Source of the DNA: a virus
Virus record (IMG/VR): IMGVR_UViG_3300010354_000045
Location: 64,001 to 128,000 of that record
Length of the DNA stretch: 64,000 bases
Strand: one strand, 5' to 3'
Position numbers and translations under genes: made by a program
Notes under the pieces: generated by a model
What the model was told of the DNA's origin: nothing
Database searches by the model: none
The model's input: the letters and a program-made list of their open reading frames with translations, nothing else
In this document: piece by piece, positions 58,422-64,000 of the stretch
Layout: each line of letters begins with the position of its first letter
Position numbering within the stretch: the first letter of the stretch is position 1

Positions 58422-59744
58422 TTATCCTAACAAACGCTGTGTTAGTTCTTTAACTCTTAAAACTTCGGCAGATTCTTTTACAGTCTCTTTTTTATCTTCT
58501 TTGCCCATTGCTTTTTTGATTGCAGCGTCTTTATTATCTTTGTATTCTTTAGAATCTTTTTCTTTCTTACCGTCGTGATCCATGTCACCTTTTTCTGCTT
58601 CAGCTTCTGCTAGAGATTTCTTAGCGTCTTCTTTGACATTTTTCCACATGGTAACCGCAGCTGATTCCATTTTCTTACCAAACTTTTCTCCGCCCTTCAT
58701 GCCCCATGTATTGCCTTTGTGCTTAGGTAGTTTAATATCATTGGCTTTATCTGCTTTCTTTTCAGCGGCCGATTTTTCTTTTACTTTGCTAGGTGCTTCA
58801 CCGTGCTCTTCATCACTAAAATCTGTACGCTTATGCTTAACACCTGTTGCAGTTTTAGTTAGTTCACCAGTTTTTGTTTTTTTAGTATCGCCTACTTTTT
58901 CTAATTCTTCTTTGACTTTCTTAGCTTTGCCGCCTTTTTCATCTTTACCTAAGCGTCCTGCAATAACATCACCGCGTGTTACTTTATCGTATGGTTTGGC
59001 ATTGTTAGCTAAATTACCATCGCCTTTACCTTCGTCTAAATCTTTTTTCTTTTCTTTGTCTGCTTCTTTATCAGCTTTTTGACTTTGCCATCCTTGAACT
59101 TTAGTTGCTTTAACTTTAGCACCACTTGGTAGTTCTACTTCGCGCTCAGACTTTTTAGCTGGTTTACGATCTTCAGCTTCTGCAACTGCGGTTTCTGCAC
59201 CAGCTTCAGCTTTTTTAGTTGGAGCTTTTTTAGCAGCAGGCTTTTTAGGAGCAGGCGCACTTCCACCGTCTGGATTGTGTGGCGGTGGAACACCTTTATC
59301 AGGAGTAGAAACCCATACTCCGCCTTGAATAGATCCTTCTTTTACTTTTTCAGCTTGGGCTTTTTTAAGTTCTTTCATTTTAGCCTTAGCTTCTAAAAGT
59401 TTATTTTTTAATTCAGTTCTTTGACTTTCACTTAAAACATCGCTATTATCTAACTTATGTCCGTACTCACTAAATTTCATTTCGTATTCTAGATAGTGAT
59501 ATACACTGGCAATATAGTCAGCAGCTTTGGTAATCTTTGCTTGTACCCAGGCTTCTAGTTGATCCTGATCCTGGATTTTTTTGAATAGTTTTAAGCTATA
59601 GTTAGCTAACTTGTATAGGTCAGCTTTGGCCATAGCACCTTCATGATCTGTTTCTCCAGGAGGAATAAACCCTTGTGGTTCGTCTGTAGGCATAGAACCG
59701 CCTAGGTCCATTGGTGCATTCATTTGATCTAATTCTGGTGGCAT
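58422..59744 (-). CDS. Lys/Glu-rich probable prohead core/internal protein
   Basis: Highly charged, with many (L/V)xE-(S/A/G) motifs; EAWVQAKITKAADYI.SV.HYLEY motif. Confidence 0.6.
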   Translation of the reverse strand: MPPELDQMNAPMDLGGSMPTDEPQGFIPPGETDHEGAMAKADLYKLANYSLKLFKKIQDQDQLEAWVQAKITKAADYIASVYHYLEYEMKFSEYGHKLDNSDVLSESQRTELKNKLLEAKAKMKELKKAQAEKVKEGSIQGGVWVSTPDKGVPPPHNPDGGSAPAPKKPAAKKAPTKKAEAGAETAVAEAEDRKPAKKSEREVELPSGAKVKATKVQGWQSQKADKEADKEKKKDLDEGKGDGNLANNAKPYDKVTRGDVIAGRLGKDEKGGKAKKVKEELEKVGDTKKTKTGELTKTATGVKHKRTDFSDEEHGEAPSKVKEKSAAEKKADKANDIKLPKHKGNTWGMKGGEKFGKKMESAAVTMWKNVKEDAKKSLAEAEAEKGDMDHDGKKEKDSKEYKDNKDAAIKKAMGKEDKKETVKESAEVLRVKELTQRLLG

Positions 59745-59767
59745 GAGTAAACTCCGTTTTCTTTATG

Positions 59768-59774
59768 TATTTAG
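59768..59774 (-). promoter_or_regulatory. Putative late promoter CTAAATA
   Basis: TAAATA 24 nt upstream of the ATG at 59744. Confidence 0.5.
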
Positions 59775-60547
59775 CGTTTTATAAATGATTGTTTTCCAAT
59801 ACTGCCCCCAGTAATAAGGTTAGTACCTTTCATATCTTGGGCGTTTTTAACAGTTCCATCTGGATTTTTAGCAGCTTTTGCTGGTTTGTTTTTGTATGTA
59901 GGACCAATGCTTACATTAGCAGCGCTGGTTGCTCCTGCGGTAGCTGATTCTTCTAAAGAGTTGTCGGAGTTCTTTTGCAACCAACTGTAAGCGCTGACAA
60001 AGTCACTAGGAAAATCTTCATCGTATCTAAAAATACCTGCTGCACGTTTTCTACCTAAATCATCTACAGCATACTTGTAACCTACATCTAAAAGTTCATC
60101 TGCCCTACCACTCGAGTCTAGATTAGGGTTATCAGAAAATACTTTCTTAGCAAGGATTTCGGAATACCTATCGCCGTCTTCGGCTAGACTTTGTTCGTCA
60201 TCTTGTGCTTTCTTAGTTAAAAATATTTTACCATCTAGCTCTGGTTTGTTTTTTAATATGGCTAGTGCATAGTTATTTGCACCGCGTTTCCAATCAAATA
60301 CTTTAACTTCACCTTTACTTTTAAGAAGTTTTCCGTTAATTTTAATATACCAGGGGCCGCGATCACGGTCAATTTCTTGCTGTCGCATTTGTCGTTGCCA
60401 ATTAGGATCGTCTTCATGCCCTAATTCGTGTTGTAATTCTGCACGTTTAAATGCACGCCTATCAGCATCCATCGCTCGTTGTTCTCTACGTTCATAATCC
60501 ATTGGATTATAAAAACTACTTCTTCTATAAATTTCGTTAAATCTCAT
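59771..60547 (-). CDS. Hypothetical protein (probable head-internal)
   Basis: MRFNEI start; LAED and LEESATAGATS motifs. Confidence 0.55.
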   Translation of the reverse strand: MRFNEIYRRSSFYNPMDYERREQRAMDADRRAFKRAELQHELGHEDDPNWQRQMRQQEIDRDRGPWYIKINGKLLKSKGEVKVFDWKRGANNYALAILKNKPELDGKIFLTKKAQDDEQSLAEDGDRYSEILAKKVFSDNPNLDSSGRADELLDVGYKYAVDDLGRKRAAGIFRYDEDFPSDFVSAYSWLQKNSDNSLEESATAGATSAANVSIGPTYKNKPAKAAKNPDGTVKNAQDMKGTNLITGGSIGKQSFIKR

Positions 60548-60822
60548 AATTTTTTCTCACCTGTAAAGTAAGGTAAACTAAACCAAAGTTTAAACCATTC
60601 GGGTGTGCCTGGCTTAATATTATTCTCTCTTTGTATTCTGCCGTTTTCACTGCCTGTTACACTAATATTCATTCCTCGCATTTCATGCAACTTAGCATCT
60701 GCTCCAAGACCTGCTAGGTGTTGCATGGCTTTTAATTCATGTATAGGATCGTCGGGGGCAAGATAACAGTCGTCGGGACTGTTTTGATTTAAATGTTCAG
60801 TAGTGATCCTGTATTGTTTCAT
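60544..60822 (-). CDS. Hypothetical protein
   Basis: IKPGTPEWFKLWFSLPY C-terminal motif. Confidence 0.55.
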   Translation of the reverse strand: MKQYRITTEHLNQNSPDDCYLAPDDPIHELKAMQHLAGLGADAKLHEMRGMNISVTGSENGRIQRENNIKPGTPEWFKLWFSLPYFTGEKKL

Positions 60823-61253
60823 TTTAACGTTGACCTTAACTGCCAGCTGTACTTTTTATGTATGTCTTGTCGTTCAGCTAGGAAGTTTGCAAGGCCATGA
60901 TCTCCTGCTTGCTCGGCCATTTCATAGGTAATACGAAAAATATTAGCCATTTTTTCGCTATCTGATAATAGTTCAGCCACCATTGAACCTTGATCTGGTA
61001 CATCATCTTCGTCGTTAACTACAGATAACATACTAAATTTTTGTAAACTAGCAGGTGTATATAATTGTAATGCTCTCAGTTGTTCAGCAAATGTATCAAT
61101 TCCTTCGTAAACTGCTTCGTAAATTTTTTCAAACAACATATGTAGTTGAGGAAAACTTGCTCCTTCTACGTTCCAATGAAAATTCTGTGCTTTAAGTGCA
61201 AATGCATACTCACTGGCAAATGCTGTTTTAAGTGCTAAATGATACTTGTCCAC
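60819..61253 (-). CDS. dps: Dps-family ferritin-like protein
   Basis: KAQNFHWNVEG..F..LH..FE..YE....D..AE and H.K..W.L ferroxidase motifs; GTG start. Confidence 0.9.
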   Translation of the reverse strand: MDKYHLALKTAFASEYAFALKAQNFHWNVEGASFPQLHMLFEKIYEAVYEGIDTFAEQLRALQLYTPASLQKFSMLSVVNDEDDVPDQGSMVAELLSDSEKMANIFRITYEMAEQAGDHGLANFLAERQDIHKKYSWQLRSTLK

Positions 61254-61254
61254 A

Positions 61255-62247
61255 TTAAACTCCGTATTTGTTCTTCTTAGGTTTAGCTACTGGGCTTGTT
61301 TTATTTACGTCGGCTACTTCTTCGCTACGGTTCCCACTCCAGTTTTGTATAGTACCTGCACCAACTTGTTGAGCAGCCTTTTTAACCATCTCAAATTCTT
61401 CTTCTGTATATGATGAAAGTAAAGGGTCTCCGCCAATCCAATTATCAGCTTCCATTTTAGTTGGATAATCAGGAGCGCCTGCTAATGCAATTCCCATGCG
61501 ATAATTCATATAAGCAGATCCTGTACTCATATTAAGTCCGGGTAATGTTGATGCATTTCTCATAGCAGCTTTTTGAGTAGGGTCCATAGGTTTCATCTTG
61601 CCCTTAGCTTCTGCTACTGCTGATTTCTTTTTATCAGGATACTTGTTTAAAAAATATGCAACAACGTCAAACACTGGTAATTCTCTACCTTCAACTTCTA
61701 AAGTAACGCTGGGTTTAATGCCCATATCTTTATAAAATACTTCTCTATTACCAGATTTTGCTGCTGCCCGCAAATTAGTAGCACTAGCTAGTCTTTCAGT
61801 CTTAATCCAGTCAATTTGATTAAACTTGTACATACCATGCGGCTTGTCACTTGCACCATTATACTGTTGTAACGTTTTAATTAACCACTCTTCGTCTGTG
61901 TAGACTTTTAAATGAACATTTGATCCGTGTTCTTCATATATTCTACTAGCAAGTGTTAGTAGACTTTGTTCAGGGATAACATGCCCAGCAACTTGCGGCC
62001 ATACTGCTGCCATGCATTGTAATTTAACATCATACGGTAATGGATCTTTAGGTCCACTAGTAGCTTCGTTTGTGCCCACAAACCATATAGGATTTTTACT
62101 AGCTGCCTTCCATACTTCTCTGTGACCACGATGCGGAGGATTAAATCGGCCAAAACACACGCCAATAGTTTTCAAACTTCCGTCAAACTCTTCTCCGCCT
62201 TCAGGAACTGTTTCATAAATGTTTTCAAAAAGTTCTCTTAATCTCAT
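61255..62247 (-). CDS. HIGH-superfamily nucleotidyltransferase (cytidylyltransferase/NMNAT-like)
   Basis: FGRFNPPHRGH, KDPL...K, SATNLR; start reassigned to the ATG at 62247 (ATGA overlap). Confidence 0.75.
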   Translation of the reverse strand: MRLRELFENIYETVPEGGEEFDGSLKTIGVCFGRFNPPHRGHREVWKAASKNPIWFVGTNEATSGPKDPLPYDVKLQCMAAVWPQVAGHVIPEQSLLTLASRIYEEHGSNVHLKVYTDEEWLIKTLQQYNGASDKPHGMYKFNQIDWIKTERLASATNLRAAAKSGNREVFYKDMGIKPSVTLEVEGRELPVFDVVAYFLNKYPDKKKSAVAEAKGKMKPMDPTQKAAMRNASTLPGLNMSTGSAYMNYRMGIALAGAPDYPTKMEADNWIGGDPLLSSYTEEEFEMVKKAAQQVGAGTIQNWSGNRSEEVADVNKTSPVAKPKKNKYGV

Positions 62248-63461
62248 GCTGCTGTTGCTCCTGGGGCCCAAGAAGTGGGGACTATTTTTATATTACCATA
62301 TTTATGATGTTTTTGTGCATAGCGAACATGTCCTTCGCTGTTAGTATCCCATATTTCTTTACGAGGCTGTTGCCTAATACCCGCATCTACCTCGTCTTTC
62401 ATGTTTCTAATGCCTTTAATTAAAAAGAATATAGCATCTAGGCCACCGGGGTGTGCTTCAATCATGTTTAATATGTGCTGTTGTTTTTTACCACTAACGC
62501 CTTTTTCTTTCATCCATTGCAAAAAAGTATTTCCCGAAATACTGTTAAAATCTTGTTTACCAGACGCATGTAAATTACTCATCTGATTAAAGAATGGATA
62601 AAATATGCCATTCTTATCTGGATCTGGTAAACTAGATAGAAAGTTATCTACAGCAGGTCCGTGTTCATTAACATATGCAATCATTTCGTCAATGGGACTA
62701 GTATCAATTTCTGGTGCAGTATCTGTATATATAGGACCTTGAACAATTAAACCTGGTGTTTGATTAAATTGACTAAAGTCATCCATAGGCTGTTGAGCAC
62801 GATCAGGAGCACCAAAAGTTTCAAAATAAGCATGGCCTACCACCATTACCTGCGCCTGGCCTATTCGTGTTCCAAGTTCGCTAGCAGCATCTACATGATA
62901 ACAGGTGTTTGATTTAGGGTTTGGACAAAAAGTCCATACGCCTTTAGGATATTCTTTAGTTGGATTATCTAATCTTTTAGGATTTGCAGGTTCAACACCA
63001 AATAAATTGTCTGCATATACAAACCCTACAAAATCTTCAGGTGTAGCTGCATCAAATAAAGGATAAAGATTAGCAAAATTTGTTGCAAATTCTTGACGCT
63101 TTTTTGCATCTTCAGGAGTTTTAGGATTGCCACTTTTGTTAGCAATAAAATCGTATACTTCTTGAGGACTAGTGCCTTTAACCCCTCTACTCCATTGGTT
63201 ATGTCCTGCTAGTATAAGCGGTCCGCCCTTTTCTTCTCTGCCCCAATATACTTGAGGATTACCATCCCATTTACGTCTAATAGTTGTCTTACCTGGTTGT
63301 TCTTCTGCTATTTCTTTAAAGTGTCCTAGTGCTTCAAGTGTTCCTCTAGATCCTTTAAAAAATACAAGGTGTTCGGGATGATTGAAAGGTCTACCATACC
63401 TTTCCATGCTGTCGTCTACGTCAGCATTAGCTTCACGAAAAAATAATTCACGTAGCAGCAC
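62244..63461 (-). CDS. KxDG ligase-like nucleotidyltransferase-fold protein (DUF6267-like)
   Basis: HPEHLVF, KWDG.P...WG, F.PN...Y, EGHV and IKIV motifs. Confidence 0.55.
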   Translation of the reverse strand: MLLRELFFREANADVDDSMERYGRPFNHPEHLVFFKGSRGTLEALGHFKEIAEEQPGKTTIRRKWDGNPQVYWGREEKGGPLILAGHNQWSRGVKGTSPQEVYDFIANKSGNPKTPEDAKKRQEFATNFANLYPLFDAATPEDFVGFVYADNLFGVEPANPKRLDNPTKEYPKGVWTFCPNPKSNTCYHVDAASELGTRIGQAQVMVVGHAYFETFGAPDRAQQPMDDFSQFNQTPGLIVQGPIYTDTAPEIDTSPIDEMIAYVNEHGPAVDNFLSSLPDPDKNGIFYPFFNQMSNLHASGKQDFNSISGNTFLQWMKEKGVSGKKQQHILNMIEAHPGGLDAIFFLIKGIRNMKDEVDAGIRQQPRKEIWDTNSEGHVRYAQKHHKYGNIKIVPTSWAPGATAA

Positions 63462-63464
63462 AGT

Positions 63465-63836
63465 TTATTCCTTATATTTGCCTTCTTTAATTTGTGTGCA
63501 AATTTCTTCATGTAACTTTTTACATATCTCGTTGCACACTTCTTCATCTAAGGATCCAGGAAGTTCTCTAATAGGAAATTTTTTGCAATAATGATTGTAA
63601 CTATCTAAAACAGCGGTTTTAAATAGAGTAGGATTTGTTGGTTGTTTTAGATCTATACGATCTTGGCAGCGCATTATAGCTGGGTACAAATTACGACGGT
63701 AAATATCATCGTCGTTATTCATAAAGTAGACAAGATCTTCAGCTAGATCAAAGTTAATTTCTCTCTTGTCGCCAGAGTGTTTAACGAATTCTAGATCTTT
63801 GAAATTTTTGCCTTCTATTAAGTCAATAATACGCAT
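63465..63836 (-). CDS. Hypothetical protein (probable head-internal)
   Basis: MRIIDLIEG start; follows a late-promoter motif. Confidence 0.55.
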   Translation of the reverse strand: MRIIDLIEGKNFKDLEFVKHSGDKREINFDLAEDLVYFMNNDDDIYRRNLYPAIMRCQDRIDLKQPTNPTLFKTAVLDSYNHYCKKFPIRELPGSLDEEVCNEICKKLHEEICTQIKEGKYKE

Positions 63837-63879
63837 ATACTGTTTCCTAAGAAAATACTTACTCTAAATGATTATAGAG

Positions 63880-63887
63880 TATTTATC
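63880..63887 (-). promoter_or_regulatory. Putative late promoter GATAAATA
   Basis: Same octamer as at 20559 and 39202; intergenic. Confidence 0.6.
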
Positions 63888-63905
63888 GCTTTTGGTATTG
63901 CAGTA

Positions 63906-64000
63906 TTATTGTTTTTGCTTGACAATCTGTTCTATTTTAGCTATAGATCCACCTAAATGCATTTTAGCCATCAGAAGATTTTTTTCGCCTTTAACATAAA
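63906..64000 (-). CDS. 3' end of a gene running off the window
   Basis: Open frame ...YVKGEKNLLMAKMHLGGSIAKIEQIVKQKQ*. Confidence 0.5.
   Translation of the reverse strand, partial: YVKGEKNLLMAKMHLGGSIAKIEQIVKQKQ

Noticed and set aside
36112-63591. Short plus-strand and alternate-frame ORFs in the minus-strand arm (e.g. 36793..37173, 37230..37439, 58582..59082)
   Set aside because: They overlap well-supported genes or regulatory elements and have shadow-like composition.
1-64000. Stop-codon reassignment as in some large phages
   Set aside because: Standard-code ORFs tile the window densely, including a 13.8-kb ORF, with no fragmented genes.
1-64000. tRNA, rRNA or riboswitch genes; prophage or cellular origin
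   Set aside because: Intergenic gaps are mostly under 100 nt and accounted for by promoters and hairpins. I saw no cloverleaf or preQ1-riboswitch pattern by eye, and no integrase or cellular housekeeping context. A covariance-model scan would be needed to exclude small RNAs.
1-64000. Restriction-site content as evidence for DNA modification
   Set aside because: GGATCC, GAATTC, AAGCTT, GATC and CTAG are visibly present, but without computed observed/expected ratios no claim can be supported.

Overview
AT-rich, densely coding 64-kb segment of a large (probably jumbo) T4-superfamily-like myophage, standard genetic code, with no tRNA, rRNA, CRISPR or integrase visible. There are three blocks. 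(1) 1-33.9 kb, + strand, late/structural: a 5'-truncated baseplate wedge gene, a 4,599-aa virion protein, a repeat-expanded fibre, a subtilisin-family protease, four paralogous fibre/baseplate proteins, then six genes that include four glycosyltransferases. (2) 33.9-56.1 kb, - strand, early/middle: thyX, a MoxR AAA/vWA-metallopeptidase pair, T4-type RNase H, a 7-deazaguanine DNA-modification region, sliding clamp, UDP-sugar dehydrogenase, family B DNA polymerase and a DsbA-like protein. The modification region has a TGT-fold dpdA, a QueD-paralogue (DpdL-like), folE and queE but no queC, and it is interleaved with a GT-B glycosyltransferase, a cupin, a purine PRTase, GMP reductase and a MazG-like gene. 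(3) 56.1-64 kb, - strand, late: probable capsid-packaged proteins with T4-like targeting and cleavage motifs, Dps, and a HIGH-nucleotidyltransferase plus KxDG ligase-like pair. The best candidates for undescribed systems are a QueC-less deazaguanine pathway coupled to a guanine-draining module and sugar enzymes, a late-expressed virion glycosylation operon, and a packaged nucleotidyltransferase pair. Several promoter/hairpin regulatory elements can be read directly from the sequence. All functional calls come from motif recognition only; no searches were run.
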